Part shown: one piece after another, positions 47,480-56,980 of the stretch | Layout of the letters: the number at the start of each line of letters is the position of its first letter | How positions within the stretch are numbered: position 1 is the first letter of the stretch | Origin: an uncultured delta proteobacterium | GTDB lineage: Bacteria; Desulfobacterota; Desulfobacteria; Desulfobacterales; JAHEIW01 | DNA: 64,000 nucleotides | Assembly (NCBI GenBank): GCA_963706575.1 | Contig: CAVPNL010000011.1 | Coordinates: 1-64,000, forward strand | Direction of reading: 5' to 3' | Position numbers and translations under genes: made by a program | The notes under the pieces: model-generated | The model's input: the letters and a program-made list of their open reading frames with translations, nothing else | Databases searched by the model: none | Told to the model about the DNA's origin: nothing

Positions 47480-47563
47480 ATGATACCTTTCATCTGTCGC
47501 CTGAAGATATGTTTGCCCGATTAAACCAAAAACTGCTTCAGCGCGACGAGCGTTTCTTTTTCC

Positions 47564-47923
47564 TTACCAGGAGCCTTCAACATTAGCGCTGTCAGCAAAC
47601 GATACTTTGCCTTCACTGCAAGCAATTACCGCATCCCTGACTGTTCCGGTCACATCATTGGCCACTTTTACTCCTGCGGCATTGAGGGTTTTAAACGCAT
47701 TTGGCCCACAATAACCTGTCAGCAAAACTTTCGCACCCCGATCACTTATCATGACGGCGGCCTGAATGCCGGCCCCCTTAAACGCATTTACATTCTCTGA
47801 ATTATCCAGCACCTCAAACCCATGATCGAGCGTATCAACAATAAGGATGTAAGCCGCCCGACCAAATCTGGGATCCATTGGTGAATCTAAATCTTTGCCC
47901 TTGGATGTTATTGCTATTTTCAA
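47564..47923 (-). CDS. NifB/NifX family protein (orange-protein-like)
   Basis: KIAITS..DPRFGRA..GAGIQAA..TGYCGPNAF; TTG start after GAGGAGG. Confidence 0.9.
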   Translation of the reverse strand: MKIAITSKGKDLDSPMDPRFGRAAYILIVDTLDHGFEVLDNSENVNAFKGAGIQAAVMISDRGAKVLLTGYCGPNAFKTLNAAGVKVANDVTGTVRDAVIACSEGKVSFADSANVEGSW

Positions 47924-47952
47924 TTGCAGTTCCTCCTCAATTCGGGATGCAC

Positions 47953-48333
47953 TCAACCGCCCCCGCCGCCACACACTTGGTCATCGGTGATTTCAGGTAG
48001 TTTGCCTGCTATTAAGTCTTCCACCACTGGCTTTATCTCAGCTCGTAATGAATCATGATACACCTCAATTCCAGCCTGTTTGAATCCCATCAGTGGCCGC
48101 ATGCCGATTCCTCCGACCACAAGGGCATTTACATTGTGGCTCGCAAGCAGATTGACCGGTACCATGCAGCCGCCCTGAACATGTTCCTGATTTTGAACGG
48201 TCGAAACTTTTTTTATCTCTCCATTTTCAACATCGATAAAGGTAAACACATCGCAGTGACCAAAATGTCCGGACCTGGTTGCGTCCAAACCACCGTTCCC
48301 ATTTGATGGAACTGCTATTCTTCCGTTTCTCAT
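47953..48333 (-). CDS. NifB/NifX family protein
   Basis: RIAVPS..HFGHCDVF..GGIGMRP. Confidence 0.88.
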   Translation of the reverse strand: MRNGRIAVPSNGNGGLDATRSGHFGHCDVFTFIDVENGEIKKVSTVQNQEHVQGGCMVPVNLLASHNVNALVVGGIGMRPLMGFKQAGIEVYHDSLRAEIKPVVEDLIAGKLPEITDDQVCGGGGG

Positions 48334-48466
48334 AATGATAAGTTCTCCTTGTTTGTTTTAATTTATTCTATCCAACCTTCGTGATCTTCGTTTTCTTCGT
48401 GGTGAGATAACTATCGAAGGTATTCAACTGGAGATTTCCAGATAACCACATTAATTTATTTTAAAT

Positions 48467-48871
48467 TTAGCGCTCCGCTGCTTGTTCAGCCAGATTTAGA
48501 ATCGTTTTCAGTTGTCTGAGCAATTTTTCAGCCTGTTCTTGCCCCGGTCTGACCGGTAATTGCATCAGTATACCCAATCCTTCGCTGGCCTCATGGAAAT
48601 CGGCAGGCAAAAGCGAGGTGACCGCAGCACAGTTGACCATGGGCTTAATTGAGATAACATTTTCGATAAATTCGAGGCCGGTCATATCGCTGAGATTTTC
48701 ATCCGTGACGACAAGATCAAAGCGTCCTTCTGCGATCTTGACGATTGCATTGCTGCCGGATTCCGCCCATGCTGTCCGAACCTGATTTTCTTCCAGGCCT
48801 GCTTTAAAGGCGGACATAGAGGCTTTATCCTGGCTTACCAGTAAAACCCTAATTATTTTTTGTTTACCCAT
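48467..48871 (-). CDS. Receiver-like (CheY fold) protein
   Basis: FDLVVTDENLSDMTGLEFI; acidic pocket degenerate. Confidence 0.7.
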   Translation of the reverse strand: MGKQKIIRVLLVSQDKASMSAFKAGLEENQVRTAWAESGSNAIVKIAEGRFDLVVTDENLSDMTGLEFIENVISIKPMVNCAAVTSLLPADFHEASEGLGILMQLPVRPGQEQAEKLLRQLKTILNLAEQAAER

Positions 48872-49738
48872 TTATAAATTCAGTTTGTTTGACAAAGCAT
48901 TCCAGATTTCTTTGACTGCATGCCCTGCTTTAGATTCACTGTTATATTCAATAATCGTTTGGCCCTTTACCATGGCCTTTGTGAAGACCGGATCGAAGGG
49001 GATTCTTCCCAAACAGGACATACCTTCATCTTTGGCAAAATTTTCTATATCCCGCGTCAGATCAAGGTTCAGGTCATATTTATTGACGCACACCATGGCC
49101 GGCACATTGAAATGGTTTGCCAGTTGTACCACTCGTTCCATATCGTGAATACCCGAAAGGGTAGGTTCGGCCACAATAAGTACAGCGCTGGCGCCGCCAA
49201 TGGATGCAATGACCGGACAGCCGACCCCCGGGGGACCATCCGTAAGGATCAGATCAAGATTTTTTTCATCTGCCAGTCTTTTAGATTCCTGTCGCACGAG
49301 GGTTACCAGTTTGCCGGAATTTTCCTCAGCAATTCCGAGTCGGGCATGAACCATGGGACCGAAGCGGGTTTCTGCATAAAACCATTGACCGCATGTATTT
49401 TCCGGAAAATCGATCGCCTTTTCCGGGCAAAAGTAGACACATACACCACAGCCCTCGCAGTCTATATGATTGACTTTAAAATCATTGCTGATTGCGCTAA
49501 ACCTGCAAAGGTCCAAACACAGTCCGCATTCGGAACATTTGTTTCTATCAATATTGGCAGTGTGACCTGATTTGAAATCAGCACGCATGGATATATGCGG
49601 GTCCATAAGCAGGTGAAGATCAGCCGCGTCTACATCTGCATCACATAGAACTTTGCTTTCAGCTAATGATGCAAATGCCGCAATTAAACTGGTTTTACCG
49701 GTGCCGCCTTTACCGCTTATGACAATCAATTCTTTCAT
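48872..49738 (-). CDS. MinD-superfamily P-loop ATPase with 2x[4Fe-4S] insert (COG1149-like)
   Basis: SGKGGTGKT, DADVDAADL, CSECGLC..CEGCGVC, DGPPGVGCP. Confidence 0.92.
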   Translation of the reverse strand: MKELIVISGKGGTGKTSLIAAFASLAESKVLCDADVDAADLHLLMDPHISMRADFKSGHTANIDRNKCSECGLCLDLCRFSAISNDFKVNHIDCEGCGVCVYFCPEKAIDFPENTCGQWFYAETRFGPMVHARLGIAEENSGKLVTLVRQESKRLADEKNLDLILTDGPPGVGCPVIASIGGASAVLIVAEPTLSGIHDMERVVQLANHFNVPAMVCVNKYDLNLDLTRDIENFAKDEGMSCLGRIPFDPVFTKAMVKGQTIIEYNSESKAGHAVKEIWNALSNKLNL

Positions 49739-49766
49739 GGTCAGGGTAAATTTTAGTGTTTGGTGT

Positions 49767-50607
49767 TTAGTGTTTTAAAAGACGCTTAATTTGATCATAA
49801 AGACCTAAAAATCTGTCCTTCCATTCCGGTATTACATCAACCAGCATCTCTCCCCTTGAATAGGCTTCGGCAATCTGTCGATCAAAAGGAATTTCCATCA
49901 GAATCGGTAGGTCCGTTTGATGGGCATATTTTCTGACTTTGTCATCGCCCAGATCAGATCGATTGATGACCAATCCCAACGGAATATTGAGTATTTGAGC
50001 CGCGCCGACTGCCAATTTTAAGTCATGCAGGCCAAAAGGAGTGGGTTCTGTGACCAGAAGCACAAAGTCGGTATCTTTCATGGACGCAATAACCGGACAT
50101 GAAGTTCCCGGAGGCGCATCAATGATAGTGAGTTTATCCGGATTTTCAAAGGAACGTACTTTTTTGATCAGCGGCGGAGACATGGCTTCACCTACCCGCA
50201 ACTTGCCGTGAATGAACTCAATGCCATTGCTGTGGCCTTTTTGAATGACACCGAGTTCCCGACCACTTTGCGTGATGGCGCCTTCCGGACAGACTTCCCA
50301 GCATCCGCCGCAGCTATGACAGAGTTCTTCAAAAACCAATACATTTTCATTCACGACTGCAATGGCCTTAAACTGGCAGATGTCTGCACATTTTCCGCAA
50401 TAGGTGCACTTTTCTTCATTGACTTCCGGCACCGGCATGAAAAACGGTCTCCGATTCTTCGAATGAAGGATTGATAAAAAGGTGCGCATTGGGTTCTTCC
50501 ACATCACAGTCCAGCAACTGAACATTGGAACCCATCGATCGGGCCAAATTTGTCGCCACCGTTGTTTTACCGGTCCCGCCTTTTCCACTGGCAATGCTGA
50601 TAATCAT
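49767..50607 (-). pseudogene. Second COG1149-like ATPase, frameshifted by one extra base at 50440-50444
   Basis: MIISIASGKGGTGKTT..DCDVEEPN..ETVF in one frame and FMPVPEVNEEKCTYCGKC..DAPPGTSCP in the next; T5 run at the junction (may be a sequencing error). Confidence 0.85.
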
Positions 50608-50638
50608 ACCAAAGCGTCTTTCAATCAGATCGTTTTTG

Positions 50639-51139
50639 CTAACTGCGCCGTATACCGCCACCGCGCCCCATGCCCCGGCCCGAACCTTGGCGCACTCCGC
50701 GTCCACCACCCTGGCCCATCCCGCGCCCGCCACCCGATGGCTTTCCTGCTCCGATACGGTCACGGCGTCCGCCGCCGCCCATGCCGAAATGACGGCCAAC
50801 GGTGGATTGGGCTATGAGATTAAGTGTATCGTTTTTATACCTTTCCACGACTTCTCTGATGGTGCCTTGCTGTTCCGTAAATATTTCAATTCCGGCGGCC
50901 AAAAGTGTTTGAACGGCATTCGGCCCGACATCACCGGTGATCACTGCAGCCACACTTTTATCTGCCAGAAATTGGGCTGCCTGGATGCCGGCTCCGCTGC
51001 TTTGAGCGGCGCTTTGGTTATCAAAAGCCTCATACCGCATGTCCGCCGGATCAATGACCAAAAACCAGGCGCAGCGACCAAAGCGCGGATCGATGGGAGA
51101 ATCCAAAGTTTTACCTGACGAACTAATAGCGATTTTCAT
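50639..51139 (-). CDS. NifB/NifX family protein with Gly/Arg-rich tail
   Basis: MKIAISSSG..DPRFGRC..GAGIQAAQ..GPNA; GRGMG repeats. Confidence 0.9.
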   Translation of the reverse strand: MKIAISSSGKTLDSPIDPRFGRCAWFLVIDPADMRYEAFDNQSAAQSSGAGIQAAQFLADKSVAAVITGDVGPNAVQTLLAAGIEIFTEQQGTIREVVERYKNDTLNLIAQSTVGRHFGMGGGGRRDRIGAGKPSGGGRGMGQGGGRGVRQGSGRGMGRGGGIRRS

Positions 51140-51192
51140 CACACAACCTCCCTGTCATTATTGGGTGCCGAGCAAAAACACCACATTTATAA

Positions 51193-51240
51193 TGAGTATA
51201 TGCTCAAAACAAATGTAATCAATGACAATTCAGTTGTCAA
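51193..51240 (-). promoter_or_regulatory. Sigma70 promoter with palindromic operator TGAGTATATGCTCA
   Basis: TTGACA-17-TACATT on the minus strand; palindrome at 51193-51206 just downstream of -10. Confidence 0.65.
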
Positions 51241-51351
51241 GGTATTTTTGTCCAAAACACTGAAATTGATTTACGATTTATTAAATTTGCTGGATTGGCG
51301 CAACGGATTTACATTGCGGTAGACTTCACCGTTTATCAAGCACGTTTAGGT

Positions 51352-52659
51352 CTAAGCACCATAAACGGCCACCTCTTTGAGGTCATCCTGCAGATATTCG
51401 CGTTCGTTTTCCCCCAGAATACCCATTGCCAGACATATGATGGTCCACAGATGCACCACCCCGTAGCCGCCGCCGTAGTGCTCACTGAGTTCGTGAATTT
51501 GGGCATGGCAGTTGTGACAGCCGGCAATGCAATAGTCGGCTTTGGTGTTTTGAATTTGATTGTCTTTTAAGCGGCCAAATTCCAGACGCGCTTCTTTGTA
51601 GCCGGACTGCAGAAAACCGCCGCCACCGCCGCAGCAATAATTGTTGGAGCGGTTGGGGTGCATCTCGATAAAGTTTTCTTCGCCCACCACGGTTTTAACC
51701 ACATAGCGCAGATCTTCGGCGATGGGGTCACCGAAAGTCTTTCGTACGATCTGGCAGGGATCCTGGACCGTAAACTTGATTTTTAAGTCCTTGTTCCAAT
51801 CGGAATTGACCTTCAGTTTGCCTTCGCGGATCCATTTGGCGTAGTATTCATAGATGTTTTTAACCTCGAATTTGTGGTCGATGTTGAATTTTTTCAGTCC
51901 TGCCAGGACTGAGAAGGTGACGTGCCCTCACTCGGTATTGAGATATATCTTGCAGCCCAGGTCATCGGCCTGTTTGGCCGTTGTGCGCACAATGTGTTCC
52001 CAGGCCTCAGTGTCGGCCAGAAACATGCAATAGTTTTCCCCTCCCCAGCCTTTGGACCCATAGGTCCAGTCGGCGCCCACCAGGTGAAGGATTTTCCACA
52101 GCGGCACCATTTCATCGGGCTCGGTCACCGGCTCTCTGGAATTCTGATTTAAAAAGAAATACGCCCCCTGTTTGTCAATGGGTGCCTGCATGTCTTTAAA
52201 ATCCGGCTGGGCTTCCTGGTATTCTTCTAAAACATCTTCCACCACGAAGGTGAAATCTTCCGGCGATGCCCCCATGGCACTGCAGCTGTCATTTCTCAGG
52301 GCCATATCGCAGGATCCTAAAATGCCCTTGGGGCGTTCTTCCCGCGGCCGGGTGCTACGAACGTTGAACACCAGTTGCGGGATATCAATTTTCATCGGAC
52401 ACACATAGATACAGCGCTGGCACTGGGTACACATCCAGGCCCAATCGGAGGCAAGCAGTTCATCGTCCATTCCCAGGGCCGCCATGCGCAAAAATTTTCT
52501 GGGATCCATGCCTTCAAGGCCCGTGGCCGGACAGCCCGAAGAACAGGCCCCGCACGTCAAACACAGATTTAAATTGCCGCCTTCGGGCAGCAGCTCCATG
52601 ACTTTGTCCATAAAACGGCTTTTCTTCTTGCCACCTAATTTGATAACTTCTTCTGGCAT
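51352..52659 (-). CDS. HdrC/HdrD(GlpC)-like Fe-S oxidoreductase, selenoprotein (in-frame UGA at codon 244)
   Basis: Two track ORFs share one frame with a single TGA (51928-51930) in NTE*GH; 435 aa on readthrough; CxxCxxCxxxCP twice, QDPCQ, CCGGGG; SECIS-like hairpin downstream. Confidence 0.88.
51894..51912 (-). promoter_or_regulatory. Bacterial SECIS-like hairpin
   Basis: TCAGTCC-TGGCA-GGACTGA beginning 16 nt after the UGA, with G in the apical loop. Confidence 0.75.
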
Positions 52660-52751
52660 TGGATCCTCCTTATCTTGCGTTTGGATCTTTTAATTGCCGT
52701 GACAACAAAATTCCGCCAAGGAAGGGCCGGGGGTTTAACGCCATAACAATA

Positions 52752-52798
52752 TGAGCATATGCACGAAATAAAATAGCTGATGAAACCCTGACTGTCAA
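52752..52798 (-). promoter_or_regulatory. Sigma70 promoter with palindromic operator TGAGCATATGCACG
   Basis: TTGACA-17-TATTTT on the minus strand; operator at the same relative position as at 51193. Confidence 0.6.
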
Positions 52799-52957
52799 GA
52801 TCTATTAAGCGGAAGGTATAAAATTCAGAGAACAAAACCCGTGAAAGGTGTGGCAGGCGACTTCTAATTATTTGAAAGGTCGGGGAGTTTTTTTCGATTC
52901 AGTCGCTACATGAACAATCGCTCTCTGTAAGGATTTGAATGAAAAACGCCCTGACCC

Positions 52958-54808
52958 TCAGTTATTTATTGCTTTTAAGCTCTTTTCCAGATTAAGGCGG
53001 GCGACTTTGTGATCGGGATTGATTTTCAATGCGGCGGAAAATTGCTCGATCGCCTCCTCATATCTCCCCTGATTTGCCAAAATATTGCCTAGATTAATAT
53101 AGGCTTGCGTATAATCGGGATTAAGCAGCACGGCCATTGAAAAATGATCAATGGCCTCCTCGACCCGGTTCTGATGCTGCAGGGCCACCCCTAAATTACT
53201 ATGGGCTTGAGCGTAATATGGATTAAGCGTTAGTGCTTCAGATAAGCGTGGAATCGCTTCTGCATAACGTTTCTCAACAATCAGTGATACTCCTAAATTA
53301 TTGAGTGTTTTGGCATCTTTTGGATTGATTTCCAGTGCCTTCAAAAACTGGGTGATGCTCGCCTTTATTTTTCCCTGTTCGGCCAGGCTCAATCCGATAT
53401 TGGCGACCGGGTCCTGATAGAGCGGATCAATTTCCAGCGCTTTTTGATACTGCCTTATGGCTTCTTCGTGATAGCCTTGATCGGCCAGAGCCACCCCCAA
53501 ATTATTATGGGGCCGGGCTTTGCGAGGTGATTTGTTGACACAATCCTGCCAGAAGGTGATGTGATCGCTGTAAACCGCATTTCTTTCATACGTCCAAACA
53601 GCGCCAACCGTAACCATGGTGCACAACAGAGCAGTCTGCAACCATGTAGGCTTCACCCAGCGGCAAGCAACCAGAGCGACAATCAGGCTAAACGCCATGG
53701 ACGGCAGGTATGTCCGATGCTCGAAAATGATCTCGAGTGCGATAATGGAAGATTCGATCACCAGGTTACCGAAAAACCACAAAATACAGAATGAAAAAAG
53801 GCGCTGCTTTCTTGCCGTGGCGATAGCCAGGCCGATAAGTGACGCAATGGTAAATATGGCAAAAAATGTGGTCATCGGGTCCATTAGCGAATTGGAGAGC
53901 GGAAAATCGTGATCCAGATTCAGCCGTGAAGGATGCGGCCACAGCATCTGGCTGAGATAGAAAATGATGACCCGTGGCTCGGTCAGCATACGTTGGGTGA
54001 GTGTAAAATCGCGATTTTTATATCCCTCCATGACACGATCCAAAGGATTGTTGCCCAAAAGGGCCAGCCCAATGACGGCTGCCAGCAGGAGGCATCCGGT
54101 CAGCAGCGGTATATGATTCTTTAACCATTTCAAGTCCAGGTCTCGGAAAAAATACCATTCATAGACAAAAATAAAGACGGGCAGTGTGGCTGCAATCTGC
54201 TTTGATGCCAAAGCCAGGGCTCCGGCCAGGATGCAGCCTGAAAACAGCCACCATTTGTTTCTTTGCTGCCCGCTAAATCGAAAGCGGGCATAGAGCAGGA
54301 TCGATAATATGTAGAACATGGCGCATAGGCTGGTCATGCGCTGAACGATATAACTGACCGATTGGGTGTGCAGGGGGTGAACCATCCAGACGGCCGCTGT
54401 AAAAAATGAGATCCACATATAGTTGCCATAACGGGATTTCAGAGCCGGGGTGCGAAAGGTTGATTTGACGAAGAAATAAAGCAAAAAGCCGGTGCTGATA
54501 TGGATGAGAATATTGACGACGTGGAAGCCGACCACATTATAACCGTGGAGATAGTAATTTAGCGCGAAGCTGATGTGTGACAGCGGCCGCTGCTTTAAAG
54601 GATTGTTGAAGGCCGCTTCTGCCAAGTCATTCAGAGTGATTTTAGAAATTCGAATATGAGGATTGGTCTCGATATTGTTTCTGCTGTCAAAAACAAACGG
54701 GCTGCCTAACGAGTTGGCATAGATTAAAATGACGATAAGCGCCAAAGACAGCAGAAACAGGGTTTCGTATCGAGAGAGAAGTGCGGAGAGGCCTTTGTGA
54801 AATGTCAT
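52958..54808 (-). CDS. TMTC-like multi-pass membrane glycosyltransferase with TPRs
   Basis: FVFD..RPL..FH.VN..H, VHPLHTQSVSYIVQR, EHRTYLPS, C-terminal TPRs. Confidence 0.8.
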   Translation of the reverse strand: MTFHKGLSALLSRYETLFLLSLALIVILIYANSLGSPFVFDSRNNIETNPHIRISKITLNDLAEAAFNNPLKQRPLSHISFALNYYLHGYNVVGFHVVNILIHISTGFLLYFFVKSTFRTPALKSRYGNYMWISFFTAAVWMVHPLHTQSVSYIVQRMTSLCAMFYILSILLYARFRFSGQQRNKWWLFSGCILAGALALASKQIAATLPVFIFVYEWYFFRDLDLKWLKNHIPLLTGCLLLAAVIGLALLGNNPLDRVMEGYKNRDFTLTQRMLTEPRVIIFYLSQMLWPHPSRLNLDHDFPLSNSLMDPMTTFFAIFTIASLIGLAIATARKQRLFSFCILWFFGNLVIESSIIALEIIFEHRTYLPSMAFSLIVALVACRWVKPTWLQTALLCTMVTVGAVWTYERNAVYSDHITFWQDCVNKSPRKARPHNNLGVALADQGYHEEAIRQYQKALEIDPLYQDPVANIGLSLAEQGKIKASITQFLKALEINPKDAKTLNNLGVSLIVEKRYAEAIPRLSEALTLNPYYAQAHSNLGVALQHQNRVEEAIDHFSMAVLLNPDYTQAYINLGNILANQGRYEEAIEQFSAALKINPDHKVARLNLEKSLKAINN

Positions 54809-54826
54809 CAGTTGAGTGGTTCCGTA

Positions 54827-56242
54827 TTATCTCAGGCCGATTCTGGGATCGAATCCATCTTTTTTAAGCTGCTCGGCAAGGTTTGCCGCAGCTGCCCGGC
54901 TTTCATAGGCGCCGATTAAGACCCGAATCTGATTCTGACCGGATATCGCCGGAAGGCTGTAGGCCAGATATCCTTTAGTTTTCAGTTTGGACTTAAGTTT
55001 TTGAGACTCGCTTTTAGAAACCGGAAGGCCGACCTGAACCGTGTATGGTTTTTTGGCGATATGCACATAGCGAAATTTTCTATTTTTCAGCCCGGCTGCA
55101 GCAATCTTTGCCTCTGTCAGAGTGGTATAGTTTCCAATATAAACCCGATACCATTTTCCCTTTTCGGAAAGATCGACCGGACTGGTAAAGGCCGGGTCGC
55201 CCCCGGTGATTAATTTTCCGGCCACTTGGTTTGATATTTGCGGATCCCGATACGCGCTGACTTGAATGGTATAGGGTAACGGCTTTATCTGCGGCGTTAA
55301 TGGTTTTTTCTTTTGCGGTGCAGTCGCTGATTTTTGGTTTTTGGATACGGTCGCGGTCTTTTGAGCCGTCACGGCCGGTGCCGGCTTGCTCACAGCTGCT
55401 GCCGGTTTTTTCGTTTGCGGTGCGGCAGCGGGCTTTTGGGTTTTAGGCTTGGATGCGGCTGCGACCTTCTGTGCTGGGGCAGGCGCTGATGGCTTTTTTG
55501 AAGTTTCCTTTTTAAGTGAAACCTTTGCGTCTTTGCCTTTCGTGTCTTCGGCTTGAGGCCTGGATGCATAATTGATCTGCAAAGATCGTCTGGATTTGTA
55601 AGCATTTAAGTGGGGCAGGTATTTGGGAACCTCTGAATTTCTATCCGCCACCAGAAGCTTTTGAATGGCCTGTTTTTGGGTGTCGACGGCAGCATCAAAG
55701 TTGCCCGCCGCTGCATATGCTGCTGCCAGGGTATCTAAAGAGACGACATCCGGTTTGAGTTTCACCGCCTTTTGCGCCAACCGGACGGCCTGACCACCGT
55801 CGCGGAACCGCTGGTCGGCACAGGTGGCCAATACCCAGGCCTTATTATTGTATGCGTCAACAAAAAACGGATTAATTTTCAGCGCGCGGGCGTAGTCATT
55901 CAGGGCATTACTCAAATCGCCGTGTTGGGTTCTGGCGAAGCCGCGATTATTATAAGCTTCTGCATAGCGGGGACGGATTTCAAGGGCTTTGTTATAGTCT
56001 GCAAGAGCCTTGTCGTAGTTTCCCTTCAGAGCCCAGGCAACACCCCTGTAATTATAGGCCTGGTAGTCCTGCGGTATGATTTCGATGGCAGTCGAAAATG
56101 CTTGAATGGCCTCATCATAACGCTGTTGGCCGATAAGCTTTAAACCTTTATCAAAGGCATCCTCTTCTTTAGCCCATACATTCGGGCTCATCAAAAATAC
56201 CGCTATCCATATGATTGATAGAATCGTTTTTCTTGATCTCAC
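54827..56242 (-). CDS. Secreted TPR protein with two SPOR domains
   Basis: Signal peptide, TPRs, K/P/A-rich linker, YTIQVSAY..WYRVYIG, YTVQVG..RVLIGAY. Confidence 0.85.
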   Translation of the reverse strand: MRSRKTILSIIWIAVFLMSPNVWAKEEDAFDKGLKLIGQQRYDEAIQAFSTAIEIIPQDYQAYNYRGVAWALKGNYDKALADYNKALEIRPRYAEAYNNRGFARTQHGDLSNALNDYARALKINPFFVDAYNNKAWVLATCADQRFRDGGQAVRLAQKAVKLKPDVVSLDTLAAAYAAAGNFDAAVDTQKQAIQKLLVADRNSEVPKYLPHLNAYKSRRSLQINYASRPQAEDTKGKDAKVSLKKETSKKPSAPAPAQKVAAASKPKTQKPAAAPQTKKPAAAVSKPAPAVTAQKTATVSKNQKSATAPQKKKPLTPQIKPLPYTIQVSAYRDPQISNQVAGKLITGGDPAFTSPVDLSEKGKWYRVYIGNYTTLTEAKIAAAGLKNRKFRYVHIAKKPYTVQVGLPVSKSESQKLKSKLKTKGYLAYSLPAISGQNQIRVLIGAYESRAAAANLAEQLKKDGFDPRIGLR

Positions 56243-56361
56243 ACTTAATCTCCAAAGCTCCGATCGGAAATTTTGTTTCTCGTGTAATCGTGGCGGACGG
56301 ATTTTTGGGGTTACGGTTTGTCCCGATTAGAAGTATAGGGGTGACGATTTCCCTTAACGTG

Positions 56362-56507
56362 TAGAAATGGTTTCAAAACCCCATCTAAGGCTCAATGGCT
56401 GCGTTGCAGGCCTCCGATAAATGCTCACATACATTTGTATGCTGCGCGTTATCGATCGGCCTGCGCCTTGCCCTTGAACCTGATCTGAGGCTTTGAAATC
56501 ATTTCTA
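56362..56507. mobile_element. MITE-like element, 146 bp
   Basis: TIRs TAGAAATGGTTTCAAAACC / GGCTTTGAAATCATTTCTA (17/19 match), TA termini, internally palindromic, non-coding. Confidence 0.75.
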
Positions 56508-56705
56508 ATATAGAATACCGAAAATTCAGCCAAATTGCAATTCATATTGAATCGATTTAATTTAGGTCTCTTGCTGTATCCTCGTAGATCGGGAATCTCC
56601 AGTAATCTAAGCTCGTGAATCCCCGGTTTGCGGAGGATTTGTCATAGCGGTTGTATTTTATTTGACAGATACTAGCATATTGTTATAAAATTAAAGGGTT
56701 ACAAG

Positions 56706-56952
56706 ATTTAAAGGTTCAGGGTTCAGAGGTTCAGAAAAAGGCCTAAAGGCCAGTTCGATTGGTTTGATTAGTTCAATTAGTTTGACAGGTTATTTCGGAA
56801 ATGCCGACGATAAAATGATTTGAAAATCTTGAATGCGTGTAGGCGTAAAATCACCAACAAATGACCAACCAATTATAACCATTAACCCGAATCCAAAACA
56901 GTTTCCTCAAACAAACCAATTGACAACGGATGGCGTTGCCTGACTTTTAACC
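56706..56952. repeat. Family A/B element enclosing a second four-helix-bundle stub
   Basis: GGTTCAG arm, AAAAGGCCTAAAGGCCAGTT linker, 9-mer arm, ATG stub at 56801, degenerate right arm. Confidence 0.8.
56801..56848 (+). pseudogene. Four-helix-bundle N-terminal stub
   Basis: MPTIK*FENLECV*A; TGA and TAG fall where Arg and Gln are expected, each one base from a sense codon. Confidence 0.55.
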
Positions 56953-56980
56953 TCCTGATTCCTAAGAGAATAGACTCTCC

